Under the pieces are notes generated by a model. That model was not told the DNA's origin and did no database searches. It saw only the letters and a program-made list of their open reading frames with translations. A stretch of 64,000 nt of DNA from Azolla caroliniana. Its lineage: Eukaryota > Plantae > Polypodiophyta. Location of the stretch: the NCBI GenBank assembly GCA_043228905.1, contig JBHGNT010000005.1:9734001-9798000 (forward strand), given 5' to 3'. Positions 47,879 through 60,989 of this stretch are shown piece after piece (the first letter of the stretch is position 1; the number at the start of each line of letters is the position of its first letter). Both the position numbers and the translations under genes were made by a program.

Positions 47879-50800
47879 AGAGGGCTGCCAAGGCGTGGGG
47901 CCGAGACAGTCCGGACACTCGGGAAAGACCCCACAGCTGTACGATAGAAACGAAACCGAAGGAACCCTGTACGATAGGTAGGAAATTTTGCTTCTCCAAC
48001 AACGAAGGGTGTATGATAGTCGGCATCGTTGGCCGAGAAAGGGCAAGGGCGGAGGAGCGACTTCGAGCGTGCGGAGTTCTCAGCCCGGACGAGGAAATCA
48101 GCGGGGCCGTGGAGGCGGTCTCCTTCGACGACACCTTGGGGATGCTGAGGAAGGTTGCCGGAGAAGACCTTGACGAAGACCGGACGATACCGGTATGTTT
48201 CGAAGAGATGTACGAAGTCATCGCGAACTTCAGTCGGGGGCTCGGGTCGGATTGGACGGCCCGAGTTAGCACGAGGTACAAGACTGTGGACCGGAAGGTA
48301 AGGCCAGTCGCGGCACCCTTGCCGGAGGGCAGCGAGTCCCGAATCAGAGGGGTGGCGTCGGACCCCAGTTTACGAGATCCGGCCTGCATAGGACACACCT
48401 TCACCGACGGGACGCTCCGGGAGCTCAAGATCGGTGGGGGCGGGTTCCTACTGCCGGCGGAGGAAGACCGGTTTCGGAGAATGCTCGGAAGGCACGGGAA
48501 AGCCTTTGCATTCTCGCCGGAAGAGATCGGGTGCGTAGACCTGACAATCGTGGAGCCGATGGTGATATTCACGGTACCGCATGTGCCGTGGAATCTCAAG
48601 CCGATTCCGGTACCAAGAGCTCACATCCTGGAGTTGATGAAGCTATTGAGGCAGAAAGTCGATATGGGCATTCTCGAACCGTCGAGTGCCCCATACTCGA
48701 ACCGATGGTTTACCATACCAAAGAAAAACGGAACATTGCGCTTCATTCAGGACCTGCAGCCGGTCAACAGAGTGACCATTCGGAACGCGGGAATCGGACC
48801 GACCATAGACGAGTTCGCGGAGGCCTTCGCCGGAAGGTCGATTTACTCGGTCGGTGATCTGTACTCGGGGTACGACCAGTTCCAGCTAGCCGTGGAGAGC
48901 AGAGACATTACGACGATGCGAACTCCCCTCGGCCTAGTGCGAATGTGTACCCTGCCACAAGGAGGGACCAACTCGGTGGCCCACATGGTGAATGCAATGA
49001 ACAAGGTACTGAGGGATTGCATCCCGGACATCACCATGCCATTTCTAGACGACATTCCGATCAAGGGGTGCCCGGTAGGACGCAACACTCGGACCGGACG
49101 GATGCCGGCGATTCGTGGCAACACACATCGACGACTGCGAGAAGGTGCTACAAAGGCTAGAGGATGCGAGACTCACCTTCTCCGGGGAAAAATCGGCCTT
49201 CGAGCAATCGGAAATCCTGGTGGTCGGGCAGCTATGTGGACCATATGGCCGGAAGCCGTCTCCGGCAAAGGTAGAAGCCATCTCTACGATGAAGACCGAC
49301 TGTAGCTCAGTTACGGAAGTTCGGAGGTTCCTGGGAGCATGCGCGTTCTACCACATATGGATCCCGCATTACGCCCACGTTGCGGAGCCGCTATACGGGT
49401 TGCTAAAGAAAGGGCGAAAATTCGAGTGGCGAGACGAGCACACGGAGTCGGTCCGGAAGCTGAAGGAAGCTCTTGCGGTAGCACCGGCGCTCCGGAAGGC
49501 TGTCTACGAGAAGGATACCCCGATATACATAATGGTGGATACGAGTCCGACCGGGATCGGATGGGTCGTCAACCAAGAAGACGGGGACGGCATTCGGTTC
49601 CCGATCCGATTCGGCGCGAAGGTCCTCAGTGAACGACAGCGAGGGTACGCCCAGGTTAAACGCGAACTCTGGGGTATCGTTTCGGCAGTAAAGGCCGACA
49701 AAGACTACCTGATCGGGACAGAAGTGATCATCGAGACGGATTGCTTGCCAATTCTCGGCATGGTTTCCGGATGCGCGACACCAGACCTGGCGATGCTCAG
49801 GTGGATAGCGTACATCAAGTCCCTGGACCCGGAAATACGACATATTTTCGGAAAAGACAACGCCATGGCCGACATGCTTTCGAGGGTGAGGTTTGATGAT
49901 GAGGGCGGCATGGTTTCGGAGGACGAAGAAGTCGGCGTGGACTTCTTCGAGGCGGCGTACGTGACGACCGATGGGGCTAGCACTCCGGCACTTAACGGCT
50001 TTGACGAGAGCAAGTACGACGGCGAGTGGCTGCAGATCGGTGGGTTTCTGAGGACAATGACGCCGGATGCGTCATGGACGAAGGACGAGGCCAACCGAAT
50101 CCGGAAGAAAGCTTACCGATTCTTTCTCCAGGACGGATACTTATGGAAGCACCCGAAGAAGAGGAACGGCGTCCCGCTCTGGGTGGTGGCGATGAAGGAA
50201 GAACAGGAGGAGCTGCTGACGGCCTACCACGACAGCCCTTGGGCTGGGCACCGTGGAACGTGGGCCACGTTCGAGAAGATAAAGGGGAAGTACTGGTGGC
50301 CGGGACTGTACCGGGACGTGCATCGGTTCGTGACAACTTGCGAGAGCTGTCAGATGCACTCCGTAGTCCGACACCGGGACGAGCTTCACCCTATGTACCC
50401 TCCGACCATCCACTTCAAATGGATGGTAGACCTGGTGACGATGCCGATGGGAGTAGGACAGATGCGGTATCTGGTCCTGGCTCGGGAAGATCTGACGAAC
50501 CAGGTGGAAGGCCGAGCCCTTCAGAACAAAACGACCGCAGCCGTATGTCGGTTCCTAATCGAGGACGTGATATGCCGGTACGGGTGCGTCGGGAAGATCG
50601 TGGCTGATCGCGGGGAGTTGGACGCCGAAGAGGCCGAGGAGCTGTTCGACCGGCTAGGAGTCAAGCTCTCGCTTACCACTGCGTATAATCCGGAGGCGAA
50701 TGGGAAGGTGGAGCGCGGACACGGACCGATCGTCAAAGCGTTAGTTCGGGCATGCGGAGGTCAAGTCGGGAACTGGCCACGGCTGCTGCCTTACGCGTTG

Positions 50801-51364
50801 TGGGCGGACCGAACTACGCACAGTTCGGTAACCGGATTCATGCCGGCAAAGCTCATGTTTGGGCAAAAGCCGATCACGCCGATGGAACGTACGATCTCCT
50901 CATGGGCAACCGTGGACTGGAGAGACGAGATGAGCCGGGAGGAACTGTTGACGACGCGCATACGACAGCTCGAGCGAAGACCGGAGGACGTGGAGCAGGC
51001 CGTGGAAAAGCTTCGGGTGGCCAGGACGAGGAACAAAGCCCGGTTCGACCGGACGCACCGGCTCCGACCGAAGAAGATCGAGGAAGGCGACTAGGTGCTA
51101 GTCTACGACAGCAGCCTCGACAACTAGCACTGAGCGACACGGAAGTTCGCAAGAAGGTGGTTCGGGCCTTACGTAGTACAAAGCGCCAACGACAACGGGA
51201 CGTACCATCTGGCGGAACTCGACGACACGAGAATGGCGATACCGGTAGCTGGGAAGCGGATCAAAGCGTTCAAGAAGCGTCACGACGACGAGCCGGATCC
51301 GGATAACCTGGACCGGGACGACGAACGATCCGAAACCGAAGAAGAACCGACGGGCGGGGAATAA
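47875..51364 (+). pseudogene. pol: pol (RT-RNase H-integrase) in the -1 frame; frameshift ~49080 and late stops
   Basis: FIQDLQPVN, GDLYSGYDQ, LPQG, FLDD, VDTS, HHCC, DLVTM, ADRGE, NGKVERGH, GPY module; no chromodomain. Confidence 0.92.
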
Positions 51365-53993
51365 AGGCTGGACCGGTTTTCTCCGTCCCAACTCAATTTG
51401 GCGCATGCCGGTGGATGCGCGGTTAGGTGGGGGCGGATGTCGTGAAGAAAACCGTCCACAAGCGGAATCGGTGCGCCGGAGCGTAGGAACCAGCTCTTCA
51501 TGCACGTGCGCCTTATGTTGTACATAGGAGATCCTAGGCAGGCAGATTCGGTAGGTAGGAAGTAAAGGGGAAACGGCTCCTTCCTTGCCTATAAAGGGAG
51601 GGAGGATGAAGTGCTGTCGGGCTGTCGGTCGAAGGCTTCTCTCTACTCTCCGTAGCTTCTTTCTGTGCAGGTTTCGGGAGGCTCGCGCTGCTCTGAGGAA
51701 TGCCCGAGTGCTTCCGGCAGCACCTCCAACCTACTCCTTTCCTTCTGAGTTTTTGCGAATAGGCATCAACATCTGTTCGCCGGCCTGTTCGGTTGTAACG
51801 GACCTCGTGCTTCTTGTTGTTTGTCTTGTTTATATATATATTTACATACATTCGTGTCTCACTGTGTCGCTGTCGCACTCGCGTCTTTGTGTCGAAGGGC
51901 CGTGTCGAAGCTCGCACCTAGTGGGTCTCTTCCCTTCTCCTTTTTCTCTCTTGCTCTTCGGTACAAGACCCCCGAGGTCCCACCTCGTTCCACGCATCCG
52001 CGAGGAATACCTCGATAGCGGTGTTTGCATGAATTGGCTAAGGAGACCGACCAGATAACTAAGATCGGGTCGAGTGATCGTGAGGTAGATGAGACTCCCG
52101 ATGAGTTGCCGATACTGAGTCGGTTCACATGCTTTGGAGCCGGAGTTCGCATCTAGTTTGAGATTGCGATTGAACGGGGTTTCCGCGGATTTGCCCTCAG
52201 CCATACTGAACTTGTATAACAAGTTGAGGATGTAGTGCCGTTGAGAAATCATGATTCCGACCAGAGTCCGAATTACCTCGATGCCGAGGAAGTAGTGGAG
52301 TTCCTTCATGTTCGTCATCTCGAACTTGTAGGAAAGGAGAGATTTGAACTTATTGATTTCGACGAAATGCTCACCTCCAATGACTAGGTCGTCCACATAT
52401 AAGATGATGACGAGCGGACTTGCGGAATCGCTTCATATGTAGAGGAAGTTGTCCGATTTTGACATACGGAAGCCGATTTGATGAAGATATTGCATTATCT
52501 TCGAATGCCAAGCACGTGGTGCTTGCTTGAAGCCGTAGAGTGACTTCTTGAGTTGGCATATGGCTTTTGGATGAATGCGCGATTCGAAGCCAGGTGGTTG
52601 TATCATGTACACCTCCTCTTCTAATTCGCCTTGTAGAAAGGCGTTTTTGACGTCCATTTGATGGAGGTGCCACCCTTTCGCCGCGCCAAGCGCAATTACG
52701 GTCCGTACTGTCGTCCTCTTTGCCACTAGGGCAAAGGTCTCCTCGTAGTCAACTCTGTGCGTTTGGGCGTAGCCTTTTTCTACGAGTCGCGCTTTGTAGC
52801 GGTTGACAGAACCGTCAATATTGTACTTCACTTTGTAAATCCATCTGCATTCGATCGCCTTTTTGTGTGGTGAGGTGGGAACGAGATCCCATGTCTCGTT
52901 CTTGCGTAGTGCCTGCATCTCCTCGTTCATGGCTTTGATCCATCGCGGATCCTTGGCTGCTTAGGAAAAGGTTTCCGGCTCCTGCACTATTGCTACCTTC
53001 ATCATAAAGGCGTAATGGTACGCCATATAATCGTTGTAGCCGAATCGGCTTATAGGGTTCTTTTCACGGGTGGATAGGTGGAGCTTTTCATTTGCAGAGA
53101 TGAGGGCTTTCTTAGCTCCGATTGGTACCTCGAAGCCGCCGAACTCACTGTTGAGTGAGTGAGTCGACTCATTATCGGCGAAGCGATTGTCTTCGTATTC
53201 TGACATTTTCGCCTTGCCTTTGTCCATCTTCGGGCTAGGCCGTGATCTGCTTTGATCGCTCAAAGGCTCTTGTGGTTCACTCAGTCGGGTCATGATCGGA
53301 CTTTCTTCGAACATGCGCGTAAGGCGATCTTCATCCTCTATCTCTTGTTCGACGGATTCCGGGTCGAGCGGAGTCGGAGTCAGAGTTGTCTCTAGTGCGT
53401 ACCAAGATGCGGACTCGTCAAAAACGACGTCTCGACTTACTCGAGATTTTCGAGTTCAGGGGTTGTAGCACTTGTACCCTTTTTGCTCAAGTGAGTATCC
53501 TACGAGGATACATTTCTCCGACTTCGGGTCAAGCTTTTGACGCTTCTTGTCAGGGATGGGCACGTACGCTATCGCGCTGAATATGCGGATGTGCAATAAG
53601 TTCGGCTTCTTTCTGAAGTATTTTTCGTGCGGAGTGACCTCGTGCACGCCGGATGTTGTGCACCGGTTCATTAGGTAGACGGCCGTATTTGTAGATTCTG
53701 CCCAATATGACTTGGGCATATGCTTCTCGTTCATCATGGCCCGCGCTACTTCGAGGATGTGCCGATTTTTGCGCTCGGCTACTCCGTTTTGTTGCGGAGT
53801 GTGTCGGCAAGTGAATTCTCGCCGAATTCCTTCTTTTTGGAGATACGCCGTGAAATCGTCCGAGAAGTACTCCTTGCCGCCATCCAATCGGAGACATTGT
53901 ACATGTCGGCCCGTGGCTTTCTCGACTTCATTCTTGAATTTTTGGAAGTGTCCGAACACTTCGCTTTTTTGCCGCATCGGATAGATCCAAGTG

Positions 53994-54284
53994 TGCCTAG
54001 AAAAGTCATCGATGAAGAGCACGTAATATCGGCATCCGCCGAATGTAGCCGTCTGCGTCGGTCCCCATACGTCGGAATGGACTACGTTGAGTAGACCTTT
54101 GCTCATGTTCTGCTCTTTCGGGAATGGGTGTCGGTGTTGCCTAGAAAAGTCATCGATGAAGAGCACGTAATATCGGCATCCGCCGAATGTAGCCGTCTGC
54201 GCCGGTCCCCATACGTCGGAATGGACTACGTTGAGTAGACCTTTGCTCATGTTCTGCTCTTTCGGGAATGGGTGTCGGTGTTGC
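53994..54284 (-). repeat. In-frame 144-bp tandem duplication in copia integrase
   Basis: QHRHPFPKE...HSDVWGP...FIDDFSR occurs twice with 1 mismatch; TGC microhomology at the junctions. Confidence 0.95.
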
Positions 54285-55690
54285 TTGCCGAATTGGCACG
54301 CTTCGCATACACCTTCAATCTCCTTCTCTTTGAATGTCGGGAGTCCGATGACGACTCCTTTCAATTTCATTGCTTTGAGTTTGTTGAGATTCATGTGGTC
54401 GATTCGCTTGTGCCACAACTCTATGTCGGAGTCGGCTTTCATGCCCTTTGCAAACATGGCCGATTTCATCTCGTGTGAGTCGAGAATGAACATTCGGCCC
54501 TCTCTTCGTCCACGTGCAATGAGTCAGCCCTCTTTTTTGATGACGCAACCGCCTTGATTAAATCGAACTTGCATCCTTTGCTCTACAATTTGGTCGATGG
54601 AGACCAAATTCTTCGTAATGGTCGGTACATGCAAGACATTTTTAATGTAATTTTGCTTACATTCTTTTTTGAACGGAACATTGTTGATGTGCCGAGTAGT
54701 GTCATCTCCGATTTCGACATAACCGGATCGCTCCGGCTCTCGAAGTTCGAGAAACCATTCTTTATGAGATGTCATATGGTTTGAGGCTCTGGAGTCAACA
54801 AACCATACGTCCTCAGGATTGAGGGCACTCTTTGAGGTAGAGGCCGACATAGAGTTTGCTCTATGTTTCATCATGAACATTCCGCCACGGTCGGAGTTGT
54901 ATACGTACATTCCGCCACGATCCTCGTAGTCAGAGTTGTGGCTGTACATTCTGCTATACTCTTCGTAGTCGGAATTGTGCGCGTAATTCGTGAGTTGTCG
55001 GCTTGTGGAAGCCGATTCACGCATCTTCTTTCGACACTCTTCTTCATGGTGGCCGAGGTTTCCGCAATATCCGCATTCGGTTGCGTTTTGACGGCTCGGG
55101 CCGGAGTGGAAGCTCCCCCTTCTTGCGAAGGTTCCTCGTTGGCTTCCATTTTGCGGGCGAAATTGGGAGTTGTTATCGTAGGTCGGACCTCGTCCGCCTT
55201 GTCCTTGGCCGAATTGGCCTCTCAACCGTCCGTGTCCTCTTCCTCCGTTCAAGAGCATGTAGAGCATGTGGCCTTCCGACTCATTGCTCCTTGTACACAC
55301 GTGGTTTTCTTCGACCAATAGCATTGATTGGAGCTCGAAGAAGGAGGGAGATTTCTCCCATGCTAGAACGGCGGTTTGCATCGCGCCGAACTGTGGTACG
55401 TGGCCACCGAGGCATATTTGAACCATCTCATCATCATCGATATTTACGCTTATTGAGCCGAGCGAATCACAAAGCTCCTTGATCTTCGAGGTGTATGTCG
55501 TGATGAACATGTCCCTTTGTTGAATGTTCAACTCTTGGCGGAGTTGAAGCCTTCTTGCGGTTGTGTTCGCCGCGAAATCTTTCGTAGATTCTCCCATGCC
55601 TCCTTCGGCGTCTTGGCTTCGTGAATGTAGCCGAGCATGTGATCGTGAACACATGTCCCCAAGCAATACATCACGCGGCTTGCGGCTTGC

Positions 55691-56112
55691 TGTCATGATA
55701 TGGCAAGACTCGAACCCATGACCTTATGATATATGGGTCGAGCTCTTAACCATCACACCATCTATTGTAATTCATAGGATATTATTTTCATTTACGTTTT
55801 ATTATAAGAAAGTAATGTATATTCCAGATTTCTCTGGAACATTCTAGAAGTTTCAGGATTACTCCTGACAACACTATAAAAAAAGGCACTAGGCATTATG
55901 TTGAACCAAATTGGTTCAACGCCAGTCTTAAGCCTCTCAGCCGCTTGTACTTATCTTTTCACATAATATATTAGCTGCTGTCATCATCTTTCTCTCTCTC
56001 TCCTCTTCTCACTTCCTCTCTCGGGAATCTTACGTAGTCCCGTCCTCTTAGTACTAATAGTACTTCTCTTCTTAGTACTAATTCCATCTCTGCTTTAGTA
56101 CTATTCCTGACA
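55691..56112 (+). mobile_element. Solo LTR (chromovirus-type) inserted in copia gag
   Basis: TGTCATGA...CCTGACA, TSD CTTGC on both sides, HSE 55837-55854, TATA 55875; same termini style as 17399-16956. Confidence 0.9.
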
Positions 56113-57715
56113 CTTGCTCCCATGTCGCGTATCCGGGAGCCGCTTCGGCGGGTCGGTCTTCATGCGCTCCTTTGATGTAGCTCCAATAGCCTTGTCCAAC
56201 AAGGTATTGGTGCATCTTGTACTCCCAAGATGCGAAGTTGTTTTGATCCAACTTCTCGGTAGGGAGAGCGCTCCCCATTTGAGTATTCATTATGTCGATT
56301 CTTCTTCTTCTTCTTCTCTCTTCTAATGCGAGCTATGTAGAGAAGCTACGATAGCGATGAGCCGGTTCTTGGTCGTCGGCGTAGAGTACAACACACGATC
56401 ACGATGAGGTGAATGGGTTAGATCGAGCTACCAAATCGCTCTGATACCATGTAAAGAATCGGTTGTGATTCTTGTGAAGTGGAAGAGATGTGAGTTATGT
56501 GTGTGTATGAGAGAGAGAGTGAGTGAGAGAGAGACAAGGAATAATACACAGAGAATACGCAAGGTAAAAGTATCTTAACAAAGGAGAAAGACTCAACACT
56601 ATCCAAGGTGGGAGGAGGGTGCTTTATATAGTCACACTCTCTTTTCATTAACTACAAGACTCATGGAGCATGGGGAATGTGAAAGCTCATAAGTTATGTG
56701 TCATAGAATATGATTCTATGACTCATACTAAATGCTAGAATACAAGGAGGTGATATAATGGTGACTCTTGACCGTTGGAGTGTCTATTCACTCTCAAGGT
56801 GAGTTCACACACTAGACCAACTTGAGCTTGATTCTCAACAACTATAAATCATGAAAATTTATGCATTTGAATTTAAGAATGAATCCAAAAGTAATCACAT
56901 GTGAGAAGAAATTGGAGGGGGGCATGGAAACTTTATGATATGATGCCATAACGAAATGAGCAACCAAGAAAAGTAAAATATAAGACAATGCTTCGTAACA
57001 TAAGAATGAAGATTGTAGATTGAGTTTGTCACTCTCATTCAAGATATAAGGTCAAGTAGATGAGCTAAACATTGCGAGCAACTTCCACGATCATTTGCAA
57101 CACTTAAATGTTGTCAACATTGTCGTGCTAAAAATCCCAACTGAGACTTTCACGAGTGCAATTGTAGAGACAAAGACAAAATTGGAGACATGCAGATGCA
57201 GGACGAGACAATGTGTTCACTTTTTAAGAATGTGTGAGATTACTTCATGTAATACATGTGAAAGTGAGTGGCAGCTCTTGATATTCAAGAGCTTGACTAA
57301 TGAATGTTGTTATATAGAGTGCACACTAGGAATGTGAGAGGAATTGCAACAAGGGTTGGGTTTGGTTGAAGATGTGTGGATGCATAGTCAAATGTGATCA
57401 AAGGCAGACCATTGTATCGAAGTGTGATACTCCGACTCTCATCAATTGTGCCCCCAATGCCTTGTCTCACGATGTTATGTGTGAGCTATGTCACATAGAA
57501 GCAATAGTTCAGATGGCCAACAATAGGATGGGCCCTAACATGAATTGACGTGTGCAATTTCCCTGTTTGGCGAAGAATATGCTTTTGTAGTTAGATGCAG
57601 TATATATAGTATGATGTGTAAAGCATGAGCATCCACATTTCTCCCATGCCATGATAATTGGCATTGCAAAAAGGCCTCCTTTATAGAGGAATCTAGTGAT
57701 GCATCATAAAGCAAG

Positions 57716-58018
57716 TGTTGAGTAACAAGCTCAACATGAGCCGAATTTGTTAAAGGCAGAAAGGCTAAGTTGGCTGAAGAAGTTGAGAGCTGAATTGTCT
57801 AGGCCAGATTGGCTAAAGAAGCCGACATGCAATTTAAGCCGGATTGGTTGGGAGCCGACATGCCATTAGGGCATACATTCCTATTTTAGTAATAGGAATA
57901 TTATAGGCTATTTAGTACTAGTCAATACTTGTGTTAGCCCCTTGTCAAGGGCTTGTATAAAAGTGTTCAATAAGCACATTGTATGTAATGAGAGTTTTGT
58001 AATAGAATTTTTTGGTTG

Positions 58019-58065
<47 letters not shown>

Positions 58066-58193
58066 CTCCACCCTCTATGTATACCTAACTGTGTTCTGTT
58101 GTCTGGTTGATCTGACTGTGTCTGTGTACATAATTGTGTACTATTGTTTGACTGTGTTTGTTGAGTATAAGCTTTCGCAACTTACCTTTTACA
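57716..58193 (+). mobile_element. Copia solo LTR
   Basis: TGTTGAGTAACAAGCTCAA...TTTTACA, cttgtataaaagtg TATA, (CT)n; TSD GCAAG/ACAAG. Confidence 0.87.
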
Positions 58194-58437
58194 ACAAGTG
58201 TGTTGCATCCCATCTTCCAAACCATTTTCCCATATAGCAAGTTTAAAAAGTATTGGTCTGAGCTTCATAACAACATATAGCAAGTTTAAATTGGACATGG
58301 TCTATATTCATAGCAGCAATAGAAACATGTACGTGTTGCCAGGATACACATACTCGACACCCATTACGAGCCTCCTATTATCTTCATCATCTTTAATCTT
58401 TTTTTTATCATGGTACACTAATTGTGGGGCATATTAA

Positions 58438-59177
58438 TGTTAGTCGATCGACTACCAGGGTTGAAGTTGGACAAATGTGAAAGGAAGTCGAAGTCGACAA
58501 GGTTCGGAGTCGAACAAGTATGAAAGTGTCGGAGTCAGATCGATGAGTCAAAAATGAATTAATATATATTTTGCCAAGTAGGAAAAATAGTAGAGTTAGT
58601 TAGGACAGTTTTGTCGTAGTCTTGCCGAACACGATCAATGTAAATCTTGAAGAGAGAATCTCGGAACACCTATCAGAAGAGGCCGAGAGCATTGTAATCC
58701 TATCATTCTATTTTGAATTAATATAAGTTCGTAGTTAGAGTATATCTCTGTCGACTGTGTTCTTACTATTTTGTACTGCTATCTGTGTCAAACTTTGGTT
58801 CTGCATCTACTAATTAATTATATTAAGAATAATAGTCAATCACGGTTACTAAGTAAACAGAACAAGGTTCGAACATAGTTCTGTTTACAACATTTGGGAA
58901 GAGGACAATATGCCTTACCCTTACTCAAAGTATCGGGATGGAGCCGATACGGAAGCGCATGTGTGTGATTTTCTGACGACATGGGAGGTGAACCATGTGG
59001 CACAACGACTGTCGACTGCAGCCGAAGAAAAATTCGTATTATCGATGAGTTGGTATGCCCAGAATGGGCCAAAGACGTTCGACTCATTCGAACAATTAGC
59101 TTCAAAATTTACCCAATTATTTCATTGACAGATCCCACAGAAGAATCTAAATAGCCAATTTTATGCAGCGTATCAAG
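58438..59177 (+). mobile_element. Athila-like LTR plus gag fragment (internally deleted)
   Basis: TGTTAGTCG start, similarity to the LTR at 4059; MPYPYSKYRDGADTEAHVCDFLTTWEVNH homologous to gag ~4780-5070. Confidence 0.82.
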
Positions 59178-60989
59178 TGTTGGCATAAAAGGTCGAATCC
59201 TTCCACTTTGTATCCTTACTACTGTGAACACGTCCAATAGTTAGGGATTGAGTACATAAGCCCTAAACTAACATTGTATTACGTGCTGCTTGATTATGTT
59301 TTATCTTGAGTCTTTGAGAGAGATGAAAACAATAACGAGAATCACCATTGAAACTTAATTTCTTGTCTATCTACTCCTTTAGCTACATATCTATGTATGT
59401 TTTTTGTTGTGCATAACCGATAGGTCCTCAAACGTTCTTCTACGCATATCTACTCACAACTGGTATTAGAGCGAACCTGCTGCTCGGCAGCAACGAAACA
59501 AGACACTGAAGGAAAAGACCAGGTCAGTCAAAAATCTCACTTTCAAAGTAGAATATGGCTTCAATATCCAGTATAGGAGTTGAAATCCAAAAGTTCGACG
59601 ACAAAAACTTTGTCCTATGGAAGGAGATGATGCAGGATGTGTTGATCATCAGAAGACAAGTCGAAGCTATTCAACACAACGAAAAACCCGCTATGATGTC
59701 AGTTGAAGAGTGGAGATGATTAGACGAAATTGCACGCTCCACCATCTGAATGCATTTGGCCGAGAATGTCTACTTTAGTATGGCCAAGGAGATGACAACC
59801 TTCTCATTATGGGAGAAGTTGCAAGTAGTGTACGAGAAGAAGTCCTCGTCGAAACTCATATTGATTCAACAACTATTCAATATGAAGATGAGAGAGTCAG
59901 ATCCTGCAACCTCCCACATCAACACCTTCAGTCGAGTGTTGTCTGAACTCTCCTCCCAAGGGATTAACTTCGAAGAAGAAGTGAAAGCCCTTGCCCTCTT
60001 GTCAAGCTTGCCGGCGAGTTGTGAGGTATTCTACACAACATTTGCCAACAACCGTCTGATCCTAAATCTAGATAAGACGATCGGCCAAGTCCTCACCGAG
60101 GATATTCGGCAAAAATTGATGGGACTCACCATCGACGAATCGGCAGAAGCCCACCACTCAACTAAGACGACCGACTGATCGAGTCGATCGAGAGAACAAG
60201 CAGATAGAACTGGTCGATGCCATAGTCGATTGAAAACAAGGGCAGACCGACAACGGTCGAACTATTCTGAGCATAGCTGCCAATATGGATCTAGAGATCG
60301 AACAGTTGGATGTCAAGAAAACATTCTTGCACAGGGAGCTGGATGAAGAGATCTACATGCAATAGCCCGAAGGCTTTGTGGAGAAAGGGAAAGAGAATCT
60401 GGTGTGTCGACTCAAGAAAAGCTTGTATGGGTTGAAACAAGATCCACGCCAATGGTACAAGAAGTTTGAGTCCTTCATGGCGGAACATAGGTTCCAGAAA
60501 ACACAGGCTGATCATTGTGTGTTCGTCAAAAGGTACGATGAAGGTGACTTCTTGATTCTCTTGTTATATGTAGATGACATGTTGATAGTCGGTCAAGATA
60601 CAAGGAGGATCGGAAGCTTGAAGAAAGCTCTTAGAAAATCATTTGCCATGAAAGATCTTGGACCGACTAAACATATCTTAGGGATGCACATAGTTCGAGA
60701 TAGAACTAAGAAAGTGTTGTGGTTGTCACAAGAGAAATACGTGACTAAGATCCTAGAAAGATTCAACATGTCGGAAGCAAAGACCGGTCGGCTCTGTGTT
60801 ACCGACTAACTCCAAGTTAAATGCAAAGCAATGCCCGAGAGAGGGGAAAGAAAAGGTTGAGATGAGGAAATATGCCTCAGCCGTTGGCAGTCTAATGTAT
60901 CCTATGGTCTGCACGAGACTAGACATAGCTTTTGTTGTGGGAATAGTAAGCCGATACATGAGTAATCCAGGACGAGAACACTTGGCAAC
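59178..60989 (+). mobile_element. Tork/Tnt1-like copia, deleted (5' LTR 59178-59458, PBS 59461-59472, gag, RT fragment)
   Basis: TGGTATTAGAGC; KFDDKNFVLWK, LWEKL..YE; QLDVK..FLH, LKKSLYGLKQ, LLYVDDM. Confidence 0.88.

Larger units (their letters stand above)
45130..52017 (+). mobile_element. Full-length GC-rich Ty3/gypsy non-chromovirus (Phygy-like/fungal-like) nested in copia RT
   Basis: LTRs 45130-45708 and 51438-52017 (about 9 differences seen); TSD GCGG; PBS TGGTGAACCCGAC 45712-45724; PPT AGGTGGGGGCGGA 51425-51437; excision restores copia FMQTPRDTHLECVKR. Confidence 0.95.
43448..56840 (-). mobile_element. Ty1/copia element hosting a nested gypsy and a solo LTR, with a rearranged 3' end
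   Basis: 5' LTR 56840-56450; PBS TGGTATCAGAGC 56449-56438; gag 56290-54800; integrase 54493-53456; RT 52930-52018 and 45129-45000; RNase H to 44520; PPT 44228-44217; partial LTR 44216-43900; extra full LTR 43838-43448. Confidence 0.94.

Noticed and set aside
45533-51505. Many overlapping antisense and alternative-frame ORFs in the GC-rich gypsy
   Set aside because: Expected from high GC content and stop-codon scarcity; no recognisable domains.
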